This document shows, in pieces, positions 17,571 through 28,231 of a stretch of DNA of 64,000 bases. The DNA is from Candidatus Moraniibacteriota bacterium (GTDB lineage: Bacteria; Patescibacteriota; Minisyncoccia; Moranbacterales; UBA1568). A program made the position numbers and the translations under genes. The number at the start of each line of letters is the position of its first letter. Positions within the stretch are counted from its first letter, which is position 1. The notes under the pieces were generated by a model. The model ran no database searches and was not told the DNA's origin. It was given only the letters and a program-made list of their open reading frames with translations. The stretch lies in the NCBI GenBank assembly GCA_030648835.1, contig JAUSGT010000002.1, positions 89,665 to 153,664 on the forward strand, given 5' to 3'.

Positions 17571-18518
17571 TCATTGTGCATTCATGAGCTCAATGAATTT
17601 CAGAGGATCTATCGAAAAACCACCTATACGGACCGAGAGATGGAGATGGGGACCGAGAGAATAGCCCGTATTGCCACTCAGAGCTATGAGATCGCCCTTT
17701 TTCGTGATCTCGCCCGATCTTACATTGATTTTAGAGAGATGCATATAAAGCGTCATTATGCCCAAGCCGTGATCAATGATGACGGTATTCCCATAGTTCC
17801 TAAAGCTTTTGGCAAAGGCAATTTTCCCGGAGTTCATGGCATAGACGGGCGTTTCTTCGGGCGCTCGAAAATCCGTGCCATTGTGACTGAGATTCACAGA
17901 GCCTGTTTTTCTGCTGTAACCGTAAACATCTGTAACAACGGGAGATCCGCCGAGGGGAAGTTGGAACTGTCCGTTCCAAAGCTTCTCTGGACTTATGGTG
18001 GCGGTAATAGAATTAAGAAGGGCTGTGTCTTGTGACAAGGTGCTGGTAAGTTCTTGTTCTGCCTGTGGGGTATTACCTCCAAGTTGTTCGGGAATATCGA
18101 ACTCAGCCGTAGCTACGGCTCTTTGTGTAACCTCAATTTTTTCTTTGATTACCCGACCATCCTTAAGAATGAGAACAATCGCATATAAACCAGGGTTTCG
18201 ATGCAGATCGATACCTACAAGCGCTGCAAGCTGCTCCTCGTCAACAAATGTGACAAGTGGTTTGTCATCAAGGGTGAAGGATTGAATTGCTGATGTAGAA
18301 ACAAGGCCGTCTACGGTAATCAGTGCGGGCTCTCCCTGGATGAGAGCGGTGGGGGAAACCGAAAGGGTGACGGGTTCTATCCTGGGTACGGCGGCGGTCT
18401 CTAGCGGTTGTATGGCTGGTACTTCAGATTCTCCCTTAGGCTGATTTTTTAGCCGTGGCACTGCAAAATAGGCGACGATGAATAATAATGGGAGAGCGAG
18501 CCAGGGAAGTATTTTCAT
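17571..18518 (-). CDS. M23 family metallopeptidase (LytM-like)
   Basis: 'HNGTDFRAPEETPVYA...GNTVIIDHG...GYSLGPHLHLSV' (HxxxD ... HxH). Start set to MKILPWLALPLLF signal at 18518. Confidence 0.8.
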   Translation of the reverse strand: MKILPWLALPLLFIVAYFAVPRLKNQPKGESEVPAIQPLETAAVPRIEPVTLSVSPTALIQGEPALITVDGLVSTSAIQSFTLDDKPLVTFVDEEQLAALVGIDLHRNPGLYAIVLILKDGRVIKEKIEVTQRAVATAEFDIPEQLGGNTPQAEQELTSTLSQDTALLNSITATISPEKLWNGQFQLPLGGSPVVTDVYGYSRKTGSVNLSHNGTDFRAPEETPVYAMNSGKIAFAKSFRNYGNTVIIDHGLGIMTLYMHLSKINVRSGEITKKGDLIALSGNTGYSLGPHLHLSVRIGGFSIDPLKFIELMNAQ

Positions 18519-18757
18519 GTTTACATTATACGGTTCCCTGTCGCTATTGAGAAGGAGGGAACATAATCCATACATAATAAGAAAAGAGCCCAAACAAGAA
18601 GTATTGATTTTCACCTTGGCGGATGGCGGAACCCTGTTTTTCGTTACCTAGAGCAGGAATCGGGTTCTAGAACACGGCATTGGTCATTAACAGCAAGAGG
18701 TGCTATGCTTTTCTCAAGATAGCGAGAGTTTGCCAATCAGGTGTAATTATTAGCTGA

Positions 18758-19585
18758 ATGAAAAGTATGAATAATATAATTGATTTGGATAAAATGGAAA
18801 TGCTTAATAAAATCAAAAAGAGCTTTTCGTTTTTCGCTAGTGTTCTTTTATTGACGATTGTTATTTTTGGATCTGTGGGAACCATCGGAGCCGGAGAGAG
18901 AGGCGTCCTCTTGCAATTTGGAGCAGTGAAGGACAAAGTGTTTGACGAAGGCCTTTACTTCAAAATACCCTTTGTCCAAAAAGTAGTGACGATGGATGTG
19001 AAAATTCAAAAAGATGAGGTGCCAGCGAGCGCTTCTTCCAAGGACCTGCAAATCATTACTTCCAAAGTTGCCATTAATTATCACCTTTCTCCTGACAAGG
19101 TAAATATTGTTTGGCAGAGCGTTGGGAAGGATTACAATAGCCGTATTATCGCGCCATCGATTCAGGAGGCGGTCAAGGCAGTCACCGCCAAATTTACTGC
19201 GGAAGAATTGATTATCAAAAGAGAGGACGTGAAAGATCAGATCAAAATCAACCTGGCTGAAAGGTTGATCAGAACTCATATTATAGTGGATGATATCAAT
19301 ATAACGTCTTTTGATTTCTCGCCAGCTTTTAATGAAGCGATTGAGGCCAAGGTGACAGCCGAACAGCTCAAGTTGAAAGCTGAAAGAGATTTGGAAAGAA
19401 TTAGAATAGAGGCGGACCAAAAAGTTATTGAGGCTGAAGGGAAGGCGAAGGCAATTAAAACTGAAGCGCAAGCGTTAACGGCTAATCCTCAGGTGGTGGA
19501 ATTGCGTTGGATAGAAAAGTGGGACGGAAAGACGCCGACGTATTGGGGAGGAGCGAGCCCATTTATCGGGATAAACAGGCAGTAA
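18758..19585 (+). CDS. SPFH/band-7 (prohibitin/HflC-like) membrane protein
   Basis: N-terminal TM then 'ERGVLLQFGAVKDKVFDEGLYFKIPFVQKVVTMDVKIQ' SPFH core; C-terminal coiled coil. Confidence 0.75.
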   Translation: MKSMNNIIDLDKMEMLNKIKKSFSFFASVLLLTIVIFGSVGTIGAGERGVLLQFGAVKDKVFDEGLYFKIPFVQKVVTMDVKIQKDEVPASASSKDLQIITSKVAINYHLSPDKVNIVWQSVGKDYNSRIIAPSIQEAVKAVTAKFTAEELIIKREDVKDQIKINLAERLIRTHIIVDDINITSFDFSPAFNEAIEAKVTAEQLKLKAERDLERIRIEADQKVIEAEGKAKAIKTEAQALTANPQVVELRWIEKWDGKTPTYWGGASPFIGINRQ

Positions 19586-19622
19586 GGTGAGCGCGGAGGT
19601 GTTTTTGTAATTCGAGCACTGA

Positions 19623-19652
19623 AAACAAGGCTGTAACAAGCCTTGTTTTTTA
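19623..19652 (+). terminator. intrinsic terminator (AACAAGGC-TGTAAC-GCCTTGTT + T6)
   Basis: Perfect 8-bp stem, T-tract. Confidence 0.65.
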
Positions 19653-19695
19653 TACCCTCAATGGGATAGTAGAATATGTGTGATAAAATTAGATA

Positions 19696-22422
19696 ATGGA
19701 AAGGATTTCTGAAAATTTCTACAATAAGGACTCATCGGAAGTTATTAAGTATTTCAATACGAGCGAGCACGGATTTGCTTCATCCGAAGCGAAGCGGAGA
19801 CTTACGGAATATGGGTCCAATGAATTGCCGGAAGCAAAGCGTGACAGCGTCTACGCCATCTTTTTTCGCCAGTTTAAGAGCCCGCTCATCTTCATTCTGC
19901 TTTCTGCGGGAATCATCATATTTTTCACAGGAGAAATTGTCGATGCCTCCGTTGTTTTCTTCGTCCTCATTTTTAACGCCATTGTCGGTACCGTTCAGGA
20001 AGGAAGAGCACAGAATACTTTTCTGGCGCTAAAGAAATTCATCAAAGGAAGAGCTTTCGTCTTGCGCGATCATGAAGAGACAATCGTTTCAGACAAGTAC
20101 ATTGTCCCGGGTGATATTATCGTCCTGCGGGAGGGGGAGAAGGTTCCGGCTGACGCCCGTGTTATCGCTTCCAATGCTCTCAAGATCAATGAATCTGCCT
20201 TGACAGGAGAGTCATTACCGAAACACAAAGATACGCGTCCGCTCACAGGAGAAAAAATCGTTCTTTCGGATCAAGGAAATATGGTTTTCAAAGGGACGGT
20301 GATCGTTTCCGGAAATGGCAAAGCTATCGTTGTTGCTACCGGCATTGAAACGTTTCTCGGAACGATAGCCAAGGAAACACTCGGGATTGATGCGGATTTT
20401 CCGCTGAAAAACGATATTCGAAAACTTTCCCGGTTCATCATTTCGTTTGTTCTCTCCATCGCGTTTATACTGCTTTCCCTTGGTATTTTGAATGGGCATC
20501 CATTGCGGGATATCTTCAAGACTATTGTTGCCATATCGGTTTCTATCATTCCAGAAGGCTTGCCGATTGTGATAACGCTCGTGCTCGCCAGCGGAGTATG
20601 GCGAATGAGCAAGAAGAATGTTCTCGTAAAGAAATTACAAGCCATTGAAGTTCTGGGAGAAACGAAAATTCTTGCCGTTGATAAAACAGGTACGGTGACA
20701 AAAAACGAGCTCTCGATAGAGAAAGTTTTTATAGATAATAATTTGTTTGACATTGGAGGAGGTGGATACTTGCCAGAAGGAGAGGTGAGTCTTCATGGGG
20801 ATATTGTTGATCCATTAAATCATCCGAATCTGCTTTTAGCGGGGAAGATAGCGGCTCTCAATAGTAGTGCCAGCCTCATCTTTCATAAAGGATCAAGGCA
20901 GTGGAAAGTGGCAGGTGATCCGACCGAAGGGGCAATGATGGTTTTTTCGAAGAAAATTGGTTTTAACCATGAAGATTTGCTTTCCGAGATACCGATGATC
21001 GATGAGCTTCCTTTTGATTATGAACGGAAGTTTCATGTGTCGCTCCATCGTACGAAACCGGAGAATTTTCTCGCGATAACCGGTTCCCCGGAAATGATTC
21101 TCTCTTTGTCTAGAAGAGAGCCGGGAATAGACGGCTTGAAAAAAATTACTGATGAAAGGAAAAAAGAGTTGGAGTTGGTGTTTGATACCTTGTCGCAGGA
21201 TGGGTTGCGAGTCATTGGGTTTGCCTACGGATTCACGACAGATGAAAATATTGATGAAGAGCGCTCAATGAAAAACCTGGTCTTCGGAGGGTTTTTCGGT
21301 ATCAAAGATACGTTGCGGACAGAGGTGAGGGATGCTGTACAACAAGTGGAGGCATCAGGCATAAAAGTGGTGATGATCACTGGGGACCATGCTGTGACAG
21401 CACGGGCGATTGCAACGGAATCTGGAATTTACAATGGCGGGGACATGGTACTCGATGGTGAAGAGATAGATCGATTAAGCGATGGAGAACTGGCAGAAAA
21501 AATACCGGATGTGAGTGTTTTTTCTCGGGTTACACCGAAGCATAAACTGAGAATTATTCAGGCATACCGGTCGAGCGGGTTGGTCGTCGCGATGACCGGA
21601 GACGGAGTGAATGATGCTCTCTCCCTTTCAGCAGCAGACATCGGTATTGGGATGGGAAAAATTGGGACGGATGTCGCCAAAGAAGCTTCTGATATTATCT
21701 TGCTCGACGATAACTTCGGCAGCATCGTCCATGGCGTTGAAGAAGGAAGAAATATCTTTGCGACTATCAAGAAGGTCATTCTCTATCTTTTTTCGACCAG
21801 TTTAGGTGAAGTGTTCGTTTTGCTCGGAGCTTTGCTTATTGGTTTTCCTCTCCCAATTCTCGCGGCTCAAATCTTGTGGTTGAATCTGGTAACGGACGGA
21901 TTCCTCGATGTGGCTCTCGCAATGGAGCCAAAAGAGCCAAAGAAGGTTTTTTTTGCGAAGACGGCACTAGTCGATACATTGATGATGAAGCGGATGTTTC
22001 TCATGGCGCTCCCGATGGCGATTGGGACACTCATTCTTTTCAGCCAGTACTATCAAGATGATATTGCGAAAGCGTGGACGATCTCACTGACGGTACTCGC
22101 TGTATTCCAGTGGTTCAATGCCTGGAATTGCCGGTCGGCAGAGAAATCGGTTTTTTCTATGAACCCGTTTTCCAATAAGTTTCTTTTGGGGGCGACTGGC
22201 ATTATTATTATGTTGCAAGTCACTGCCGTATATAGCCCGCTGTTTCAGAAAGTGCTCCGAACAGTACCGCTTGATCGAGATGACTGGCTTATGATTATTC
22301 CTGTAGCGTTTTCAATCGTTGTAGTGGAGGAAGTCAGGAAATACTTTTATAGGGTGTCTTTGCGCCGTATAGAAAGCGAGAAAGCGTCTTCTGCAGGTCT
22401 ACCCTATGGTAAGTCTGAGTAA
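19696..22422 (+). CDS. P-type cation-transporting ATPase (type II, Ca2+/Mg2+-type)
   Basis: 908 aa; 'TGES' actuator motif, 'DKTGTVT' phosphorylation site, 'MTGDGVNDALSLS' hinge, ~10 TM helices. Confidence 0.9.
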   Translation: MERISENFYNKDSSEVIKYFNTSEHGFASSEAKRRLTEYGSNELPEAKRDSVYAIFFRQFKSPLIFILLSAGIIIFFTGEIVDASVVFFVLIFNAIVGTVQEGRAQNTFLALKKFIKGRAFVLRDHEETIVSDKYIVPGDIIVLREGEKVPADARVIASNALKINESALTGESLPKHKDTRPLTGEKIVLSDQGNMVFKGTVIVSGNGKAIVVATGIETFLGTIAKETLGIDADFPLKNDIRKLSRFIISFVLSIAFILLSLGILNGHPLRDIFKTIVAISVSIIPEGLPIVITLVLASGVWRMSKKNVLVKKLQAIEVLGETKILAVDKTGTVTKNELSIEKVFIDNNLFDIGGGGYLPEGEVSLHGDIVDPLNHPNLLLAGKIAALNSSASLIFHKGSRQWKVAGDPTEGAMMVFSKKIGFNHEDLLSEIPMIDELPFDYERKFHVSLHRTKPENFLAITGSPEMILSLSRREPGIDGLKKITDERKKELELVFDTLSQDGLRVIGFAYGFTTDENIDEERSMKNLVFGGFFGIKDTLRTEVRDAVQQVEASGIKVVMITGDHAVTARAIATESGIYNGGDMVLDGEEIDRLSDGELAEKIPDVSVFSRVTPKHKLRIIQAYRSSGLVVAMTGDGVNDALSLSAADIGIGMGKIGTDVAKEASDIILLDDNFGSIVHGVEEGRNIFATIKKVILYLFSTSLGEVFVLLGALLIGFPLPILAAQILWLNLVTDGFLDVALAMEPKEPKKVFFAKTALVDTLMMKRMFLMALPMAIGTLILFSQYYQDDIAKAWTISLTVLAVFQWFNAWNCRSAEKSVFSMNPFSNKFLLGATGIIIMLQVTAVYSPLFQKVLRTVPLDRDDWLMIIPVAFSIVVVEEVRKYFYRVSLRRIESEKASSAGLPYGKSE

Positions 22423-22634
22423 TGATTGTATCTGGGCCAAAGATACTATCGGATCAGGGAAGGCCTGCTCCCACTGAAAGGTTCGGAAGCTGTCCCGCCA
22501 AGCGAGCAAAGAGTTGGTGCGGGATAAATACCGTGGGAAACTGTTAATCTCTTGGTTCCGCCAGTAGGCGGATAAACTCCGGTTCCCTGCCCGTCCGACA
22601 GGCGGGGAATCCCACCTCTGGAACATAAAGAAAA

Positions 22635-22668
22635 AACTGGCCTCATACGAGGTCGGTTTTTCTTTTCT
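22635..22668 (+). terminator. intrinsic terminator ~210 nt downstream of the ATPase stop
   Basis: CUGGCCUC-AUAC-GAGGUCGG (two G-U pairs, so plus-strand only), then UUUUUCUUUUCUC. Confidence 0.45.
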
Positions 22669-22720
22669 CATGGAGGGTTGGGTGAGGGCAGGAAAATCCA
22701 GAAAAAAAGCATTGGACATT

Positions 22721-23194
22721 TTACGGAGCAGGAGATGTTGAGGAATTTTTAAGAGTTTTGCCGGCAATGAAAGAGCCAATAAAACCGAACACAATAAAAA
22801 TAATGTATTGAACAACGACGCCAACCGCAAATCCCAGCAAAAGAGCGATAATGGCTACCAGACTTACGGCATTCAATCCCGTCAGCCCCCATCCATTTTT
22901 GAATATCATGAAGAGGTTAATGAAAAAGGAAACAGAAACAAAAGGTACAATGACAGCCAGGCTGCCGAGAGAAATCATTCTCAGACGCTCTCTCCAGACG
23001 GTAGTTTTTTCTGATCTTTTCGTCAAATAAAATCCCAGCAAAACCGCAAACAAAGGAACCAGGTAAGAAAACACGCTGAGAATTTTAGGTGAAAAAATTC
23101 CAGCCATACTCGACACGAAACCAAACACAATGGCTATGAACATGAGTGTTCTCACGTTTGGTACCGCACCAAATTTTGACAAAAAGCTACCCAT
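22721..23194 (-). CDS. polytopic membrane protein (hypothetical)
   Basis: 157 aa, ~5 hydrophobic helices. Confidence 0.45.
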   Translation of the reverse strand: MGSFLSKFGAVPNVRTLMFIAIVFGFVSSMAGIFSPKILSVFSYLVPLFAVLLGFYLTKRSEKTTVWRERLRMISLGSLAVIVPFVSVSFFINLFMIFKNGWGLTGLNAVSLVAIIALLLGFAVGVVVQYIIFIVFGFIGSFIAGKTLKNSSTSPAP

Positions 23195-23199
23195 AATTA

Positions 23200-24411
23200 C
23201 TAATTTTTATATTGGAAGTAGAATTTCAAAGAGCACCCATTATAACTCTCTACGGTCAGATAGCGCAGGCTTGTACATTGCTCGGTATGTTTTGTGATAT
23301 TTTGCCTGATGCCGACCGTAAAGTCATTCATAACCGCAGGCATGGCTTTGCAAGACACCTCTTTGGCATCCCAGATAATCTTTTTATCCTCGATACTGAG
23401 ACTCGGACGATCAACTCCGGCCGCATCAGCGACAGTTCTTCTTACTGCCTCTAAGCATCTGTCATCTCTTGTTTTGGTACAGCCATCACACTTATTGTTC
23501 GGGTCAGCCCATTCATACCCTTCTCTGCACTGGCAGCTCGCCCCCGCCGGAATCGAACTTATGGGACAGACAAATTGATTGTCAATCTTGACTTTGCCAG
23601 TACTCAAATCGCACTCTGCGTCTCCTGATTCGTCACGTTCGCCAGTTGTCGAACCGTCGCTTATCTCTCCTTTAGGAGCGGGACAGACCTTTCCAGTCTC
23701 CACGGCCTGAATACTGTAGAGAAGGTAGCCAACCTCTCGTTCTTCATTGGTGATGGAACCTCTCAATTGAGGCACTTTCGTGCCACAGGATGAGCTCTCA
23801 GTCTTATCCATGGTTCCAAGGTAATTTGAATTCGTGATAACTTGAGCCGCAGCGTATGCTTTTTGCTCCTCATCGCTCAAGTTGGTAACGATAACTTGCT
23901 CAGTCACCCAAGAAATTGCTTCGCCCAGCAAGTTTATCCCCATCCCTACTGGCCCGGCTGTCAAATAAGAGCCTCCGAGAGATACCCCTTTTTTGAAAAG
24001 ACCCCAGACCGTTGACTTTACTGGAGTATAATCTAAGACTCTCACGTTTGTATTGATTTCCTGGTCGCAAGAACACGTGGTGTGCGAATAGATTTCAATA
24101 GGCCCGTCAAAAACCACTTTCCCGCCGCTTCCTACCGATATGGGTTTATTAGTAAGCCCCCTTGTTTCGTCGTGTTTCGGGTTTGTGGGGTCAATGGTGT
24201 AGTGAAACAGAACATCCGCATCGCCAAAAAAATTTTGATCATTGTCTGTAAATATATTAGGATCTTTGCTTATCCCAATCTCATTTAACTGAACAGTAAT
24301 TTGGTATTCTTTGTCGTTTGCACTTTCACCGACATGAGAAAAAACCGTTGGTACAGAAAGACCAAGAAACAATAAGGAAACAATAGCCAAGTTTACTTTT
24401 TTCAAAGTCAT
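23200..24411 (-). CDS. secreted Cys-rich hypothetical protein
   Basis: 403 aa; signal peptide 'LAIVSLLFLGLSVPTVFS'; many Cys in C-terminal half; 5 nt upstream of the 22721 gene. Confidence 0.5.
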   Translation of the reverse strand: MTLKKVNLAIVSLLFLGLSVPTVFSHVGESANDKEYQITVQLNEIGISKDPNIFTDNDQNFFGDADVLFHYTIDPTNPKHDETRGLTNKPISVGSGGKVVFDGPIEIYSHTTCSCDQEINTNVRVLDYTPVKSTVWGLFKKGVSLGGSYLTAGPVGMGINLLGEAISWVTEQVIVTNLSDEEQKAYAAAQVITNSNYLGTMDKTESSSCGTKVPQLRGSITNEEREVGYLLYSIQAVETGKVCPAPKGEISDGSTTGERDESGDAECDLSTGKVKIDNQFVCPISSIPAGASCQCREGYEWADPNNKCDGCTKTRDDRCLEAVRRTVADAAGVDRPSLSIEDKKIIWDAKEVSCKAMPAVMNDFTVGIRQNITKHTEQCTSLRYLTVESYNGCSLKFYFQYKN

Positions 24412-24796
24412 ACATTCCTACGTCTGCCACTATAATAATACTTCAGCTATACTTGTGTCTATAGTCAGGTAAAAAAGCAAGAAGAAGCGAGGAAATGGGC
24501 GTTTTCTGTTTTGGGTGACGGCGAGAAGTGCCAAGGACGGAAACCCTATCGGGACGCAATCGTGCTATAATCGAGGTGAATTAAAATGAAAAATATGACT
24601 TCCTTCCTGAAACAGTCAGTCCTGCGTGATCTGCAAAAACTCCTTCAATAAGTTTTTTCAATGAGCATCAAGCGGATTCTAAAAGGATGCTAAAAGCCCC
24701 TTTTTAAACGGAGCAATTTCTGTTTTAAGGAGAGGAGGTGTTACAATAAAGTGAGAAAAAATTCCCTTCGGTGGATTGGCCATTAATATACGGAGG

Positions 24797-25888
24797 ATGA
24801 AATACGTAAAAATTTTTCTGATTGCGACCGCAGTGGTAGTAGGTATGAGCGTGTTTGCTTTCTACGGTGTTACTCGTCCAGACTCGGTTGCTAAACGCGG
24901 TCTGGGAAGTGGCGACTGTAATCCCGTGTCAGCGGATGTCGACTTTGGGCTACGTTATGACGGAAAGCTGATTGACACGCATATCCACATACCCGACGAT
25001 CAGCTTTCGTGGCTTTTGCCCCTTGGTGCCGATACCACTATCGGCAAGTACGCGTGCACGTTTAAAATAGAAGGAACAACTCAAGCTTTTGCATTCTTTC
25101 CCGTCCATAAGTGGTTTATGCCACAAACGGCTACAATTATTCGTGCGGCCCAAAAGACCTATCCAGGACTACTCGTGCCTTTTATCATGCCGCCAGATAA
25201 TGATGGCAGTCCAAGCGGCTTCCCTACCGTTTCAGCCGACGTACTTAGAGATATGCTGGAGGAAGCCCCTAGACTTTTTCAAGGCTATGGAGAAATAGGT
25301 CTTTACGAGCGTGGCGATCACGGCGGATCGAAGGGCGCGCCAGCTCTTCTGCCTGACTCTCCGCGCATGTCGGCAATTTATCCGGTAGTGCGTGAAAATT
25401 CCTTACTTGTTTACGTCCACCTCGGTGAAGGACAGCAGGATTCTTTCGAGCGCGTGGCCGCTGCTAATCGCGATATCAAGTTTATCTTTCACGGTGATCA
25501 GTTGGTAGTTTACAGAGACGGTGTGCAGGATCTTTCCACCATCGATGAGATCTTGAATCGAAATTCAAATGTGTCCTATGGTGTCGACGAACTCTATGGC
25601 GATGACTGGCTTTTAAAACCGGAAGTGACAAAGGAGCAATTTTTAGATCACTTCGACAATTACGAAGAGCTCTTGGATGAGGACGTGATTACCTGGAAGG
25701 CATTCATAGAAAGGCATCCTGACCAAGTGCTTTGGGGTACTGACCGCGGATGGTTTGGGGGTTGGGCGTTGGATCAGGAGGTCGGACTTTACCTCGCGCG
25801 GTACGCGCGCACTTTCATTAGCCGTCTCGATCTAGCAGTACAAGAAAAATTTGCTTACAAGAATGCTGAACGATTATTGGAAAGATAG
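24797..25888 (+). CDS. membrane-anchored TIM-barrel metal-dependent hydrolase (amidohydrolase-2-like)
   Basis: 'IDTHIHIPDD' HxH metal motif; 'LWGTDRGW'. RBS 'GGAGG' immediately before ATG 24797; N-terminal TM. Confidence 0.5.
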   Translation: MKYVKIFLIATAVVVGMSVFAFYGVTRPDSVAKRGLGSGDCNPVSADVDFGLRYDGKLIDTHIHIPDDQLSWLLPLGADTTIGKYACTFKIEGTTQAFAFFPVHKWFMPQTATIIRAAQKTYPGLLVPFIMPPDNDGSPSGFPTVSADVLRDMLEEAPRLFQGYGEIGLYERGDHGGSKGAPALLPDSPRMSAIYPVVRENSLLVYVHLGEGQQDSFERVAAANRDIKFIFHGDQLVVYRDGVQDLSTIDEILNRNSNVSYGVDELYGDDWLLKPEVTKEQFLDHFDNYEELLDEDVITWKAFIERHPDQVLWGTDRGWFGGWALDQEVGLYLARYARTFISRLDLAVQEKFAYKNAERLLER

Positions 25889-25984
25889 CAGGAATTTCTA
25901 TCGCTCTAGCAAGAGAGGATAGCGAGCGACGGAAACGGGCTCTTTTTGATGAAGTTTTTAATAGAAGGACAGGCTTTCAAATTG

Positions 25985-26107
25985 ATGGAAAAAATTCCCA
26001 AAATTTTTTTGTTGAGTATAGCGGTTTTACTTATGCTCCTTGCCGGTCTTTTTTATTTTTTCAACGAGACACAAATGATTGAGCAAAAAAATAATTCGGG
26101 AGTATAG
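25985..26107 (+). CDS. tiny single-TM protein (40 aa)
   Basis: MEKIPKIFLLSIAVLLMLLAGLFYFF...; below the ORF-track threshold; no other support. Confidence 0.2.
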   Translation: MEKIPKIFLLSIAVLLMLLAGLFYFFNETQMIEQKNNSGV

Positions 26108-26265
26108 GTATAAAATTAAGAAAGAAGCACAACTATGGCAATACCAGCAGGGCAAATAGACTCTTTGTTTTATTTAATAACTTGAAACAAAACTCAATAG
26201 CTGCAACTCCATTTCCATCTGCGGAATATTCAAGTGGCGCAACATATCCGTCAGGGGGAGCCACT

Positions 26266-26296
26266 AAAAACAAGGCTGTAACAAGCCTTGTTTTTA
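26266..26296 (+). terminator. intrinsic terminator (AACAAGGC-TGTAAC-AAGCCTTGTT + T5)
   Basis: Same family as 19623. Confidence 0.6.
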
Positions 26297-26411
26297 TACC
26301 CCGAAAGCCTGCCTGCCGGTAGGCAGGGATGTCAGAACTTGTGATAAGATTGAGATGAAAGCCCGAACCCGACGATAGTAACTAACGCAAAGGATTCGGA
26401 GTTCGATAAAT

Positions 26412-26747
26412 ATGGACATTTCAAGGACAAAATTCGTTATCTTCTTCCTCATTTCCGGGTTCGCTTTTCTTTTTATTACTACTTCGCTTTTGGGATCAAC
26501 AGGCCCCCGAGGCTTCCCTAAGCACCCCGACTCATTCCTTCGAACGGCGTCACCGAAGCCATGGAAGAGTACTGTATCCACAATTATAGTACCTATAAAA
26601 ATTGTTTTAATAGGACCTTTGTTGCTTTCTACTGATTTTTTGCGGGATGATCCGCCACCCCCATTTATTGCTATCTATCTCATTTTCTATTGGACGATTC
26701 TTGCCTCAATTATTCATTATCTCCTCGGTAAATTGAAACGCTCTTAA
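26412..26747 (+). CDS. small membrane protein, paralog B
   Basis: 111 aa; ~88% identical to the 16023..16361 product. Confidence 0.6.
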   Translation: MDISRTKFVIFFLISGFAFLFITTSLLGSTGPRGFPKHPDSFLRTASPKPWKSTVSTIIVPIKIVLIGPLLLSTDFLRDDPPPPFIAIYLIFYWTILASIIHYLLGKLKRS

Positions 26748-26847
26748 CGCATCATTCTTCTGATATAATGACTATATAATAAAAATTACGTCGGTGTATT
26801 GGAAACTAACCTTGATGGGAAAATCATAAAGTTTTTGTAAAATAAAT

Positions 26848-28110
26848 ATGGTAAATAAAAAATTATTAACCGGTAGCCTCGTTGTTGTAATTTTGATTTT
26901 AACTGTAGTGCTGATGACGGGTAAAAGAGAAATCAGCCCGGCACAAATTGGTCCTGCTATTTTGGATAGTGCCGGTCAAAATAATTATGGGAAAGCCGGG
27001 AAAGAGAGGGTAGATCTGCCGTCCTGCGGAAACAAAATGGACTTCTTTACGGTTTCTCCAATAAAGAGTGAGGATTATGGTGATTTGATACCTTTGGGCA
27101 GTTTGAACCCGACCGGACATGTTTTTCCAACCGACCATATATATTTGTTTTCCAAAAAAACACCAGGGAGGAATGGCGAAACAACGGAGGACTTTGCTAA
27201 GCCGTTTTATTCTCCTGGGGATATGTGGATTACCGAGGTTAGCACCAGTGAAGACCTCGTTACCCAAAAAACCGATTACGGGATAGTCTATCAGCCCTGT
27301 GCTGAGTTTGAAGGAAAGTTTGGCCATGTAGGCAGACTCTCTGCCAAACTCAAGGCTGAAATAGAAAAAATAACTGATAAAAAATGTAATGACTATACTA
27401 CCGGCGGATCGAAGTATCGCGCTTGCTGGTACGGGCAACTGAAAATATTCGTCAAGGCCGGTGAAGAACTCGGGACAGTTTTCAATGGTCGTTCGGCCGC
27501 TTTGGACATTTGGGCAACTGATTTTCGCAGTGAGAAATTGAAATTTGCCAATCCTACTCGTTGGCGTGAAGAAACTTTATATAATGTTTGTCCGGCAAAT
27601 TATTTCACCGCCAGTATCAAAAATGAAATGCTCAGCCGCTTTAGCGGCTATGGCAGAAATGAAAAAAGGACGGTTGAGCCGGTTTGTGGCACGATAGAAG
27701 CGGACATAAAAGGTACCGCCCGGGGTCATTGGTTTAGCCGCGATCATACGCAGTATTCACTCGAAGACAAAAATCTGGCACTGGCAAACGACAATAAAAA
27801 TCCACTGCAGCAAGCCTTTTCGATGGGGAATTCCGGAGAGAGCAAGGGTTACAAAAGCGGAGTAAATTACTTTATGCCTAAAAACAGCGGCAGTGTAAAC
27901 CGAGACTTCGCCGAAGTAAAGCCGGACGGCGGTGTCTACTGCTATGAAACTACGAACTCGCCAAATATAAAAACACATGGTGCAGGGCAAAAATCCGTTC
28001 TATATCTGAGTATGCTAAACGACGAAACAATCAGAGTGGAGAAGGCCAACGGTTTTGTCTGCGATCAAGGCCCATGGATTATGACGAATTATGTTGAGTT
28101 TGTACGGTGA
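26848..28110 (+). CDS. secreted/membrane-anchored hypothetical protein
   Basis: 420 aa; N-terminal TM/signal 'LLTGSLVVVILILTVVLM'; several Cys; no recognisable domain. Confidence 0.45.
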   Translation: MVNKKLLTGSLVVVILILTVVLMTGKREISPAQIGPAILDSAGQNNYGKAGKERVDLPSCGNKMDFFTVSPIKSEDYGDLIPLGSLNPTGHVFPTDHIYLFSKKTPGRNGETTEDFAKPFYSPGDMWITEVSTSEDLVTQKTDYGIVYQPCAEFEGKFGHVGRLSAKLKAEIEKITDKKCNDYTTGGSKYRACWYGQLKIFVKAGEELGTVFNGRSAALDIWATDFRSEKLKFANPTRWREETLYNVCPANYFTASIKNEMLSRFSGYGRNEKRTVEPVCGTIEADIKGTARGHWFSRDHTQYSLEDKNLALANDNKNPLQQAFSMGNSGESKGYKSGVNYFMPKNSGSVNRDFAEVKPDGGVYCYETTNSPNIKTHGAGQKSVLYLSMLNDETIRVEKANGFVCDQGPWIMTNYVEFVR

Positions 28111-28231
28111 GGGGATTGTTTTCTCAATATTTTTTCAATACTTCTCCAATCCAAAATTCCCCAGTAAGCCGTTTGAACATGTGCTATAATTGCTTTGTTT
28201 CAGAGTAAATTGTGTAAAGTGATGAAAATAT

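Larger units (their letters stand above)
26264..26747 (+). repeat. copy B of ~485-bp duplicated block
   Basis: Matches 15874..16361 including terminator, 22-nt hairpin and leader. Confidence 0.8.

Noticed and set aside
16633-18035. Plus-strand ORFs 16633..17004 and 17346..18035
   Set aside because: Antisense to the alpha/beta-hydrolase and M23 peptidase genes.
18848-19471. Minus-strand 207-aa ORF
   Set aside because: Antisense to the SPFH gene; no motifs.
22399-23014. Minus-strand ORFs 22399..22830 and 22446..22646; plus-strand 22808..23014
   Set aside because: They overlap the structured ATPase 3' region and terminator, or lie antisense to the membrane-protein gene. Composition is not protein-like.
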